Assembly: GCF_000400465.1 (NCBI RefSeq)
Contig: NW_008806291.1
Span: forward strand, 1 to 32,000
Direction: 5' to 3'
DNA length: 32,000 nucleotides
DNA from: Wallemia ichthyophaga EXF-994
Lineage: Eukaryota; Fungi; Basidiomycota
Shown here piece after piece: positions 1 through 11,087 of this stretch. The notes beneath the pieces are model-generated. The model was not told the origin of the DNA, made no database searches, and saw only the letters and a list, made by a program, of their open reading frames with translations. The number at the start of each line of letters is the position of its first letter. The first letter of the stretch is position 1. Both the position numbers and the translations under genes were made by a program.

Positions 1-1150
1 TGTAATCAATGATGGCAACGGCGAAGGCGGAGGAGACGTAGAAGGTGGAAATGATATATGTGGACGGACTGAAACAGCCAAGAATTACTGGTTGAGATTT
101 TATGTTGAAAGACATAAACAGGTTCTTTCAGCTATCTATCTTTCGCGTATAATCAAATGCACCCCGTCAGTTGCTACAGTGCAAATCTTTTAGGTGTTGG
201 TACACGACACTCCAAGAATTTTCAAAGGACTCATGCCAACACTTATCGAAAGACTTGTCACAATTCTTACCAGTGATCGTTTAAAATGCCCGAAACTGCT
301 GCAAGGGCATTGAGACAAATTGGCAGAAAACAGAGTGAGAAGTCTTGCAAAATGTTACTCAAGTTTTACATTCATTCCTGAATGCAGCTTCCTCTCAACT
401 CAGAGGGTGTGTGTATTGCGTTCGCCGAATTCCTCAAGATTTGTCGAGAGGGAAAAGATTGAAAGTGATCGCAACATCATGAATGTCTCGTTGATGACAA
501 TTACAGAGTTAAAGGAGCAGCTGTTTGGTTAAGGTTGGATAGTTCGAGGCTTAGCTGTTCATAACTGGAGGAATTGTGTGGCATATCGCACAAATTCTCA
601 GCCTGAAGGTGTACCTCGGCTTATATGCAAAGATTTCTTTTACTTCCAATGAGCGTAAAGATGATGGATTGCATCAATACTGCTAGATCCTTGGACGAAG
701 AGAAAGAATTCAGCTTTGCCAGCAGCTATACACTCTTTCATCAAGTCATTCAAGAAATCATGGCTGTTTCTGTTGCATCTGACTACACTGTCAGTCCGAC
801 TGAAGACGTGAGTTCGTTTAGCGCTCTATCTCATGGTGGTTGTTTCTGCATGATGATTTCTTACTTATGTCAACACTGAAAATTCTTACACTGAAAAGTG
901 TTGGTGAAAAACCAAGACGGGTCGCTGACTAGAACACTGCCATGAGATAGCTCGTGTGCTTATGTAACAAGGCTAATACGCTACACAGGTCAAGGACATG
1001 CTCTTTGCGTATGATGTTGCTTATTTCGCTAGTATGCTGACAGACTCAGTTTAAGCATTTTGACTTTGAGTCGCACAAACGCGACTACTCGTTATATGTT
1101 TGATGCATGAATGCTTTACGGGGTACGCTGTACCAATTTAGAAGGGTTTT
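1..1150 (+). pseudogene. GCN1: Degenerate fragment of GCN1 (HEAT-repeat eIF2-alpha kinase activator), C-terminal HEAT region; 5' part lies outside the window
   Basis: Frame 2 reads VERHKQVLSAIYLSR...VQIF*VLVHDTPRIFKGLMPTLIERLVTILTS (TAG at 191-193). It shifts to frame 1 at ~292: ETAARALRQIGRK...HS*...EGVCIAFAEFLK...D*K*...CLVDDNYRVKGAAV. Later come TLKSVGEK and, across intron-like GT-AG units, VKDMLFALSIL. These are colinear with Gcn1 segments recalled from memory (VLAALYIVR, WKALVHNTPR, ETAAR, GVC, LVDDE..VR.AA, IRVVGER, IKAAILFAL). Multiple stops and a frameshift. The 3' boundary is approximate. Confidence 0.75.
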
Positions 1151-1823
1151 TAATAGTGAGGCTTGAGTGGTTATGGTCGTAAGTCTTTATCAGACTAAGG
1201 CGCTTCAATGGAGCGCATGTGTGCCTTTGTATTGCCCCTTTAACGGAGATGGAATGAGACGGTCGTATGCTCAATGACGTGCTCATCATAGCTAGTAACA
1301 GCTGAGATCTGGGTATTCTTAGAGACATTTTGTAGCGAATAGCTGTGTAAGGAGTTTGAAGTGGTGATGATCGTGACTGGTTCTATGTATCACTCTGCGC
1401 TAGTTCAGCCGAAAGTTGTGTGTCACAGGGAAAGATTTGATGTTTAAGAATACACTTTTAAACTACACTGAAATCAAAAATTTTAGGCGCATCCTGAACC
1501 ACCTCTCCGCCTTGATTATTTGATTTTAAATTGCACTCGATGATGCCAAATCCCCAATTTAGAGTTGAGCTATACCCCCTCGCTTTTTCTGCATGTATCC
1601 TTTTTGATAGATGCTTGATAGGGTTATACTGGCCTTAATTTTCCGCTAGGGTCATCATTGAGTTCAATGGACGTCACGCGTCGGAAACTCAATACGCGCC
1701 AATATGAGTTAATGTTCAAGATTTTTGTATGATTACAGCTTCTGTCAGCCTTTGATAATCGATGATATCGTTGAAGTGCGTCATCTCTTTCATATTCCCT
1801 CTATTGCATTTTCCGAAGTGACA

Positions 1824-2033
1824 TCAAATAGGTATATTAGCTGAACAGATGATTGACGGGTGCATTTGAAATGCTTGAAAGCCGATGAATAGAATGTCAT
1901 GGTAAAATCGTGTTTCTTGTATGTGCAAGATTTCGATGTGCATTTCTTTGAGTATTTGGAGTAATTTGAGCATGTATATTTCGACATAATATTCTTTTAC
2001 GTCAGCTGGCTTTTTGTATATTGACTCAGCTAG
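1824..2033 (-). other. Possible relic of an APE-type endonuclease (non-LTR retrotransposon-like)
   Basis: Stop-free minus-strand stretch containing LLQILKEMHIEILHIQETR, which resembles the 'D-I-x-x-(L/I)-Q-E-T' motif of APE endonucleases. No RT motifs were seen nearby. Confidence 0.2.
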
Positions 2034-5000
2034 TCATTAATTGCACTTACTTGATTTTCGAAGTTCAGGTAAAGCTTTGATCAAGTGAGCGGGGCGCAAA
2101 GTGACACCATGGTTTCAAGTCGGTTTCGATCTTTATAAACAGCACTCGAACATTTTGAAACTAAAAATTTGGATTCAATGTCTTGTCGAGCTCGCGGGCG
2201 ATTAGTGGAAGAAATAGAACACCGAGCGAGTAGGCACGATTGATAAAATATTGAAAATACAAGCAGGAAATAGTTGGATTATTTATAGTGTCTTTTGGAC
2301 AGTGATTTAGTAATAATTACAAGTGCGTGCTAGTGTGAGAATGGTGTTATCGGGAAGACAGCAAGACTTCCCATTTCGAAGACCTATTCTGATATATCTA
2401 TCCCCTTCAGAGCATCCCCTCCTACGTTCTTCAGCTAAGCCGAAAATTAGTAGTAGAGGAGAGATGTGAGTAGAGAAAATCTTATATTTTAAAAAAACTC
2501 AGCAGAGCTTATCGTTCCTTGATTTTCCAGCTTCACCAGCTGAATTTGAGATGACGCATTTTCGACGATAGCAGAAATTGCTTAGAGCTGATTTAAGGTT
2601 TTCATGCCATAGCTTTGGATTGTCAATATCATGAATTGTAATTCATCGCTCCTCTTTCCGCATTTGGTAGGTGCAGATCACCTCGACCAGCTCAATTACT
2701 AAAAGATGCGATGATTAGGCTGAGGTATGAATATATTAGTAAACTCTCCTAATTTTCTGGTTCAATTTAATATATTCAGAGATGTAATTTGATGCTATCT
2801 ATTAAATTTTTAAAATGTCATATTGTTTCAGATACTGAGACGAATTTCATCCAGACTACAGACAAAAATGTATATTAAAAATCCATAAATATCCCCCATA
2901 GAGCTCACTGATATGTATCATTGTGTTTCTTTTTCAATATCTCAAATATTTTTCAGCAAGATATGCCACTGTGAGTAGCTATGAATCTCAGACGCAAAAC
3001 AGCTGGAGGATGTAAGTAATAAAATAGTAGCAGATACGTCTGAGTATTTAAGCAGCATATCACTCTGAGAGCTATTTAGGTGAAAGTGTATCCCTCAATC
3101 AACTCACAGCATGTCTTTTACGCATGCTCTGTGATGAAGGCGCTTTCAAAGATTTGCAAGTGCAGAAGCTGGATCTACCAAGAATACACAAATTCAGCAT
3201 CTGTCAGCTGCGATTAATACATATCCCCTGATTGATCTTGTACCAGAACTGACCAGCGGCTAACGCGGCTAACACAATATTAGATTAGAAAAAGTAACTT
3301 AGCTTTTTTCTGATGGCCTCTTTAGCGTCAGTAGTAATCACAGAGGGATGCCGCTTCTCTAACATATCAAATACTTCATCAAACATTACAGCTATGATGT
3401 AGCTTATAAGAGAAGATGTGGTGTCACAATTTCTATAAATTACACTGATAGAATAAATAATATAAAAATACAACAAACATAACATAACATAACAAAACAA
3501 TCTATCTTATGATTTTACAGGTGATATCATTGCATAGCAGGAGCTAGCATTGCTGCGCACGAACTTAGCATATTTAGTTACATGTTTCTTCGCTAATTAT
3601 GAAGAATTGTATCTTTAGTTGAATCAGGGGATCACAACGGATCCAAATTAAGCTAAGATCTACGTATGAAGTGTGCAAATATTTCAGATTATCTGTCAGT
3701 GTTAATTTACTTAGAGCGGGCTCAATGTAATGTACTTGGCAGCCGACAGACGCCTACACTTTCTCGAGCAAGGCAGCTTTAATGCAGAGAAGCTGTTTAT
3801 CGTTTTATCATCTGTGAATAGCGCAACCTGTCACAAGTCACTTCACAACGTTTTCTCATGACCCGAATTTCATCTCTGATTCACGCCACCATAAGCTGTA
3901 TCAAACTATATTGAGATGATAACTCGAAAGGGGTGCTTACTGCTTTTGTGGATGTTCGAGCTTTATTAGACGTCAATCGGTCTCGACCTATGTTATATGG
4001 CAAACCAGCACTCACAAAGGCCACAAGATCCAAAGTCTGGAGCTGATCAATTTGTATAGTAAATATTTTCCTCGGTGATTATCTAGATGTCTCGCACATC
4101 ACCTCTGTAACCTTTAATGTTTGTTGCGTTTTGACAAGCAAGTTAGTCAGCTATAACGTAGCTATGAAGAGACCAGATTTTATTCCACAATCACTAAAGT
4201 CACACTAAATCATTTGTAATGCATTGTCTTTACAATGAGAGTGACTTGAATTGGTGTAATGAAGTGGTGCAGTGAATGGTCTGTGCTTGCTGTTAAACAT
4301 CGCGAAATATTAATAACAGTCCTTTCTTCCAATCATAATCGAATAGACGCGTTCCATGACAGTTTAGAGAACGCGTCAGACGCGCTCTTGAATCGTGGTC
4401 TTTCTTTGACTCATCGTATCTCTTAAATCAATAATACGGTATCGATACCATTATCAGAATGTCGCTCGCTTCTCGAAATGACATAGAAATCTCGCGGTTG
4501 TCGCTGCTGATGAAAGTGATGATCTTTTTGAAAGAAAGATGTTTCCTAAGACAATCAAAACAGCTACGAAAATACAAGCCACAAGTATATTTTCCATATC
4601 ATGTTTTTTATTTTGATACATTCACATTCGCTCAACCTCCTCGTCAAATTTTGTCCTGAGTTTTTCATTCATCTGCTATCTGTGACAGTGAGCATGTTTG
4701 GTAGAAAATTGGATGCATTTTTGCAATATAAAACCGTGAAGTAGTCAATATATCTTTCAGTTAATCCACTGAAGTTGAGATGACGAAATTTTAGTGATAT
4801 CAGAATCGAAACAATTTTGAGCTAAAACGAGGCAGCACCGGTAATCTGGGATGATTAAATAGCACATACAGCGTTCTCTCCGCTCCAATTTTTGTGTTAA
4901 GATCTTAAACGACGAGCTCGATTTCGAAGACATTGATTATTTGGATGAGAGATGAATACACTGGCAGATTTTCTCAGATTTTTATAGAGCGGAACAATTG

Positions 5001-5355
5001 AGATATTTGGTTGTTTGTGGCCTTCATCAGCTATAAAAATTTAATACTATCGATACAGGGCGTGAAATTCTTCATACTTATCCTATAACGTGCTCCAGAG
5101 CTATCTCGGATCGCAACTTACGAAAAGCTTACGATGCGCAATTGGAGTCTCAGGGATACTTGTCAAGTTTTTTGGAGATCATTAAAGTCGTAGAGAAGCC
5201 CATTGAGATGAGTTAGAGGATTGTCCAAGAATCCAACTCGGTGGCTATTGTATGTAATGCCATTATAGGGTTCTTTTTGGAATGCTCAAGATGTCATGAG
5301 GTTGATGCTTTTGCTAATTTCAAATTTTACAACAAATAATAATACATTGAATATT

Positions 5356-7599
5356 TCACACAAATTGACTACCATTAAACATAGTGCTCAGCAGCCCAGA
5401 CCAGTGGTCGCCTGAGGTGCTGTCCAGCGATGGCAAAATGCCGTCCAAATCTTCATCCCCGAAGAAGTTACTATCTAGGCTATCAACTTGCATCTGCTGC
5501 ATCATATCTGAGAAGTTTAGATCATTTTGGTAGATAGCCTCTTGTTCATAAATTTCGCTGCCATCTTGCACCTCAGGCACTGAAAAATGCTCACTTTTGA
5601 GTCCGCCCGTGTCACGCGACTGTAGAGTTTTAGCTTGTCATTTTTGCAGCACGAGACACCCACTAAGTCTGCCTGTGTGCGCATGAACGCTTTGTCCATA
5701 GGTAGGTCAGCGCTCCGTACCGTCTGCAAAAGTATATCGACTGCTCTCCCGCTAAGCATATCTTTTGACTCCCGCGCGCGTAGATTACTAATACCGATAT
5801 GAATATATTCGAGATCGTTGCTGTTAAATATGCCCTTTTTTCTTCCTTCGCAAAAGCTGATTATGAGTACGATTGTCGCCGAGAATGCCTGTACTTCTTA
5901 TCAGCTGTTTATGCTTTCTATACACCCTACATACACTCCAATTCGAAATATCGTATGGACATATCCCAAATTCGCTCGGTTTGTCGAGCAGCAGCTTCTT
6001 GTAGATAGAGATAATCGACCTAGCTGCATTGCCACAAATTACCAAGCTCGTAAGTCTGAAATTTGACTCCTCAGTGGATTGCGGGTTTGGTAGGAAGGTT
6101 TTGTAGACGAAAATTTGAGTGACAAAAAAGCCCAACTTTATATTACTCCTCAATTGAACAATTTCTTCATCTTCTTCTGAGTCGCCGCGTAGCTCAGTCG
6201 GCATATCATTCAGCCATTCATTCAGACGCGAATTGAGTGCGGCGATGTCTGAAAGACTCATTTTGAAGTCACCTTGAGTTGTATCTTTCTTGAGTCTGTA
6301 TATTGATTCGAGTATGCTTGCGAGGAGCTTGTACAGGTCAATCAGTTTGTTCATGTAAACGACACTTAACCTGCTTTTGTAGTCGTTCTCACCATATCCG
6401 CCAGCCGAGGGGCGGTCAACTTCAATAGACAAATCGGGCAACAGTTGATTTCTGCCCAGGGCAGCTGCGGCAGCAACATCAGCCAAAAATAGTGCCCATA
6501 TAGTTCTCCTGCGAACCTCTCGTTGGTGTGAGTCGTCGGTATATGAAAACCAATCACAGTGGAGTCCTATATCTTGCGCGTGCATGATGGTGTATGCGTG
6601 AATGATGAAGCTACTCTTGGGATAGACACTGGCTTTCAGGAATGTCTGGAGAAGGATGAGTGCTTGGATGTCCTCGATTGTTGCTACTGATACGGTGAAA
6701 TCTTTCATCTTCGTCTTGGCTATCTCGAAAAATGCGTGCCCGGCGAACAAGGGATCAGGGCGACCTGGGGGCAGCACGCGCTCGTCGTCTGCTTTCATGT
6801 ACTGGCTTCCAACTGCGCAAACCATCATCAAAAGGCTGCCAAACTCCCTCTCTAGTTTACGCGCAGGAATTTGGGCAACGAAGTGAGTTTGATCAAGAAT
6901 GGGTAATGACATATTCACTTTCCTGAAGTACATATTGACCAGCTCGTACATTAACTGCTCATTACCAAAATCTTCGTGGGTATAATCCGGTTTAGTAAAT
7001 TGAGGAAGTAGCTCCCTGTCCCAGTCTTCACGCCAATACGCTCGCCTCTTTCCGGAAAGGAGAGTGTCGGGTGTGGCACCCGTGTAAAGATTTACGCGCT
7101 CGACGAGCCCTCTAAGGGACGATTTGCCGTAGAATCGTCGATTAAAAGGGTGCCTAACGTCAGTCACCTTCCCAGGTTCACTTTCGGGCGCTAAAAACAT
7201 ACAGCCAATCTTGAGTGCCATTTCTTTGTCCAGTTTATCGTTGTCTGTGGGAGAAACAAAGTTCGGTTGGCGGGAGCTTGTGGAAGCTATAGGGCCATCG
7301 AATTTGCGCTTCTGCTGTGTTGAGTAGTCGCTGGACGGACTATCTTCTGCCGTGTACTCGGAAGACAGCTGGGCTAATATCGATTCGTAGCGCCGTACCT
7401 TGGCCTCAAGATCCCTTACGTAGTGCACTGAGTATCCTTTTTTCTCTGCTGGATTTTCGTAGGTGCAATCCTCGTTTCTGCAGTTGCTGCACGGAAGCGG
7501 ATAGCGCTGCGGTCCATCGCACCTAGCCTTCCTCTTCCGACAGCCATCGCAGGCCCTGAGTATCTTGGGCTTCTTGTCGGTGCTGATGTTGGTGTTCAT
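5356..7599 (-). CDS. Zn(II)2Cys6 fungal transcription factor with Fungal_trans middle homology region; exons 7599-5935, 5888-5664, 5619-5356 (~717 aa)
   Basis: N-terminal CDGCRKRKARC...CSNCRNEDC cluster. Middle region has LVNMYFRKVN..PILD and RRRTIWALF. A 46-nt intron (GTATGT..TACAG) and a 44-nt intron (GTGGGT..TACAG) join three track ORFs in frame to an acidic C-terminus. Confidence 0.93.
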
Positions 7600-7964
7600 G
7601 GGGTTGTTGGTGGTCCCAGTTCAAGGAATTATATGAGCGAGCTGAAAGTGGAAATCAATTCAAGCTGTGGATTAGTCGCATTGACAGACTTTGCCATAGA
7701 ATGGGTATTTCGTCATGTTGGTTTGGCTTGATAAGACTTAAATGAAATCAGGGAGAGCAGAAGCTTTTATGGGCTTTGTTCAAAGAGTTCAAAGTGCTTG
7801 CAAAAACGGGTTGTTCAAAAGCAGAGGAATTTCAGTCTTACAAGCAGCGCCCATCTTCTGATACCAGTGTATCGTTCTATCTTGGACTGCCATAGCAAAT
7901 CCTCTTCAAGTCTATCACGCATGTAGCAACTTGACCTTGAAATTTCGATTGGAATCTTGCCACG

Positions 7965-8012
7965 CTCGCTCGGAGTCGGCAGCTCGATTTCGCTCTTTAG
8001 TCTCCGAGCGAG
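7965..8012. promoter_or_regulatory. Perfect 11-bp inverted repeat (CTCGCTCGGAG / CTCCGAGCGAG, 26-nt spacer) containing CGG/CCG triplets in the shared promoter of the two TF genes
   Basis: Arms at 7965-7975 and 8002-8012 are exact reverse complements. The repeat ends 36 bp upstream of ATG 8049. Function is inferred only. Confidence 0.4.
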
Positions 8013-8048
8013 GCAGACACTCGATCACTTGGACGATGATCATCTCGA

Positions 8049-9971
8049 ATGGAACTTTATAAAAGGCGCAAAATCAGCAAACTGAGAGTATGCGATGCTT
8101 GCCGTCGACGTAAGCTGAAGTGTATGTGTCTTTTCAGATCTTGGAGCGCCAACTTACTCTACGCAGGCGATATCGAAACCCGATTGGAAAACAACTCCAA
8201 TTCGTGCAGCAGATGCGAGCAGAGCGCGGTGGATTGTCTGTTTGAAGAAGCCCCGGCAAAGGGGAAGAAGTACAAGGAGCTGTATTACGATTTGGCGGAG
8301 AAGCACGCGCATGTTCTCAGTCTCATGCGTAAGCTACATCCTGGGATCGACATTGACGGTCTTCAATCGACTGTAGACACGCTGTCGATTGACGGGGACC
8401 ATTTTGATCAACAAGCCGCGGAGGAGCAGGAGCACGAAGTAAAAGCATCCGAGGATTTTCTGCGATCTGCTCAAACTCACGACCCACGAGTGCTCGGGTC
8501 TGCAAGCGTGTTCAAACTCAGGTCTGTCGAACGAATACGGGCGATGGCGGTGGGAAGCAGCTCAACCAGCTTCGATATACATCAAAGATCGCAATACTGG
8601 TCCCCGGTAGCTTGGAAGATCGACGATCGTGATTTTGATCCACCCCAGGAACTTATAGATTCGTTAGTGGAGATATACTTTGAAAATACGGGTTGCCATA
8701 GACCGCTTTTGCACAAGCGAACATTTAAAGAGGGAAATATACAGGATATAGATCACCAGCGAATACTTTGGCTTGTATGCGCAATAGGCAGCAGATTGTC
8801 GGACGATACTTGCGTTCTCGACAGCTCAGAAGTAAAAGCGGATGGCACGCCTCATTCGTATCACAGTGCAGGCTGGCCGTTCTTCATGAAATACGTCTCT
8901 ATCGCTAAACCCATTGCGGCGCTGTCACCATCTCTAGCTGACTTGCAGCAATCGGCGCTGGCTGCTGTTTTTCTTCATTCCCTTCCCTCCCATTCCAGCT
9001 CGTGGACAATAGCAGCGCAAGGGCTGATAATGGCGAAAGATCTGGGTGCAAATTTCCACAGCACATCTACCGATCCCGTCAAGGACGAGCTGCGGCGTCG
9101 CGCATTTTGGAATCTATATCAAATCGAAAGTGAGATGGCAACCTATTTAGGAAGGGATTCAACGATAGATGAGCGAACGATTGGGATAGATCGGCCACGT
9201 GCGCTTCCAGATGAAAATGAACGTGATTTTTACGCATACAACGCCTTCTTGGATCTTATCATAATTGCTCGTAATGCGCTTGATTGGCTTTACGACGAGG
9301 AGCTGATACGTGAAGCACCAAATGATGCTATCAAGGCTCAACAGATGATAACAAATGTGACCGAGCTGGACAGCCGTTTGGACCAATGGATAATTACGCA
9401 GCCAGACTTTCTGCAATGGAATGAAGGGGAGGGGGATGAACCGAGTCGAGAGTGCACCCAGCGTTGCACCAATATGAGCCTCTTTCTGATGGTGCAGACG
9501 CTTATACATCGACCATTCCTCAACGCCTCAGGTCACTTACGCTCGTTGTCTATATCATCATCAGCCTTGTGCGGCAGCGCTGCGCAAAGTCTGGCACAAG
9601 TCGTCAGTGTTTTTAGGCAAATTGATCCACGCACCGACACAGTTGTCAGTTACGCGTTCATCTCGTGCGTCAGTGCGCTCGTAGTTCAGTGGACTAGCAA
9701 GGCGAAGGGTGCAGTCGTGTCAAATGAGCTCGATAAGGCTGTCGATACTCTCCACTCATATATTCGGTCTAGGGAGTCGAGATACTACGTTGCGGGGAGG
9801 CTATCGGATATTATTGCATGGCTGCGAGACGAGAACACCACGGCTGGCAGTATTGAGGAGTTGTTTAATACAGACATCGAAAGTTTGCTGAACAGCACCA
9901 TCTATAGTGCACACTTTTTCAACTCACTGCCTCCCCTAACTAGCCTGGAGGATAGCAATTTTATTGCTTAG
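8049..9971 (+). CDS. Zn(II)2Cys6 fungal transcription factor with Fungal_trans domain; one 45-nt intron at 8122-8166 (~625 aa)
   Basis: After removing GTATGT..CTTAC..CGCAG the cluster reads CDACRRRKLKC-DIETRLENNSNS-CSRCEQSAVDC. Downstream motifs PPQELIDSLVEIYFEN..PLLHKRTF and RRRAFWNLY. Confidence 0.93.
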   Translation: MELYKRRKISKLRVCDACRRRKLKCMCLFRSWSANLLYAGDIETRLENNSNSCSRCEQSAVDCLFEEAPAKGKKYKELYYDLAEKHAHVLSLMRKLHPGIDIDGLQSTVDTLSIDGDHFDQQAAEEQEHEVKASEDFLRSAQTHDPRVLGSASVFKLRSVERIRAMAVGSSSTSFDIHQRSQYWSPVAWKIDDRDFDPPQELIDSLVEIYFENTGCHRPLLHKRTFKEGNIQDIDHQRILWLVCAIGSRLSDDTCVLDSSEVKADGTPHSYHSAGWPFFMKYVSIAKPIAALSPSLADLQQSALAAVFLHSLPSHSSSWTIAAQGLIMAKDLGANFHSTSTDPVKDELRRRAFWNLYQIESEMATYLGRDSTIDERTIGIDRPRALPDENERDFYAYNAFLDLIIIARNALDWLYDEELIREAPNDAIKAQQMITNVTELDSRLDQWIITQPDFLQWNEGEGDEPSRECTQRCTNMSLFLMVQTLIHRPFLNASGHLRSLSISSSALCGSAAQSLAQVVSVFRQIDPRTDTVVSYAFISCVSALVVQWTSKAKGAVVSNELDKAVDTLHSYIRSRESRYYVAGRLSDIIAWLRDENTTAGSIEELFNTDIESLLNSTIYSAHFFNSLPPLTSLEDSNFIA

Positions 9972-10173
9972 TTTGTATTCGTAGATGCATCTAGTTTCGT
10001 ATGTTTAATAGATGAGATTGTATTTACGACCGAGTCTGTCTATCTTTCACGTGTTCAATTCATTAAAAACAAGTGGTAGTGTATAATCAAAAATTTCACA
10101 ATACAAGTTCAAATTGAAATGTAAGTGTAAGAAAATGACTAAAAGAAGCAAAAGATGCGCGCAGTGATCATAT

Positions 10174-11087
10174 CTAATAGCTAAGTGGAGCAGGTTTACC
10201 GCTGCAAGTCCAAGTCGCATCCCTAGCCTGAGGCTCGCCGATGTCCAAGTACGGTTCGAGGTCGAGGCAGTCAGCTACGGTAATGAGGTTGTAACCGCGC
10301 TGGATGAGCGATGGCACCACGTCTGGCATGACCGTGTATGGCGTTCCCTCGTAAGTCTCGTGGTTGAGTGTGAGGTGTGGCTGTGTGGGGTCAGTGAATG
10401 TGTCGTAGATGTTGATGCTTTCCGTAGTAGTTGCGCCTTGCGAGTCGAGCGAGTCTGCCATCCGTTGGTGTTAGTAGTGGTGAGCTTAGCGACACATTTT
10501 CACGCACCCTCGCTCCAGTTCACCACCGTCATGCCATGTTTCTGTTGTATGTAGTTGACAGCCCCTGATCGTTTCGTCTCAGCTGGCGCGCTAACACACT
10601 TGTCACTACTCACATGCTGGCGCACTGCCATATGGCGGTCTGAGGAAACGGGGACGCACACCGATAATCTTCCAGAGCGCTTCGTTGACGAGTTCTATCT
10701 GCTCATCAATCTCCGCTTCACTCAGCAGGTTGAGATCGCGGTGCTGGAGTTTGTATCAGCTGAGACATTCGTTAAATAAATCAAAACACCCAAACTCACG
10801 GACCAGGTGTGCGAACCAATTTGCATGCCACTGTTGAATGTGTTTCTAATCCTCTCCACGCTGTCTTGGTCGTAGATGCAGTTGTAGTTGTAGCCGTTGA
10901 GGAACATGGTCGCCTGGCTATCATTCTCAGTGAAGAGGTCGACTATATCGTACTCAGATCCGACGCTTCCATCGTCGAACGTAATGGCGAAGTCGTGGTA
11001 ACAGTTCTCGACTAGTCCGAGTGATTGGCGTGCGAGTGGTGTGGCAGTGCTGCCTGTGATTAGTGTTGCGATGAGTGCTGCGAGCAT
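10174..11087 (-). CDS. Secreted CE4 (NodB) polysaccharide/chitin deacetylase, 4 exons
   Basis: Hydrophobic signal peptide. Motifs TFDDG, HTWS|H (split by the intron starting at 10799), RPPYG, DSLDS and LNHE. C-terminus ...DATWTC. Three GT-AG introns restore the frame. Confidence 0.9.

Noticed and set aside
320-879. Track ORFs 320-532 and 625-879 as independent small genes
   Set aside because: 320-532 is an alternative frame over the GCN1 relic and starts at TTG. 625-879 lies within the relic and has no independent support.
3285-3500. 71-aa minus-strand ORF with a helical-looking tail (FDEVFDMLEKRHPS...)
   Set aside because: The start is a TTG within an AACAT repeat, and I recognise no homology or splice context.
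5075-5320. ISDRNLRKAYDAQL (J-domain helix-like) followed by a CSRC motif, vaguely Dph4-like
   Set aside because: No HPD motif and no coherent reading frame; too short to distinguish from chance.
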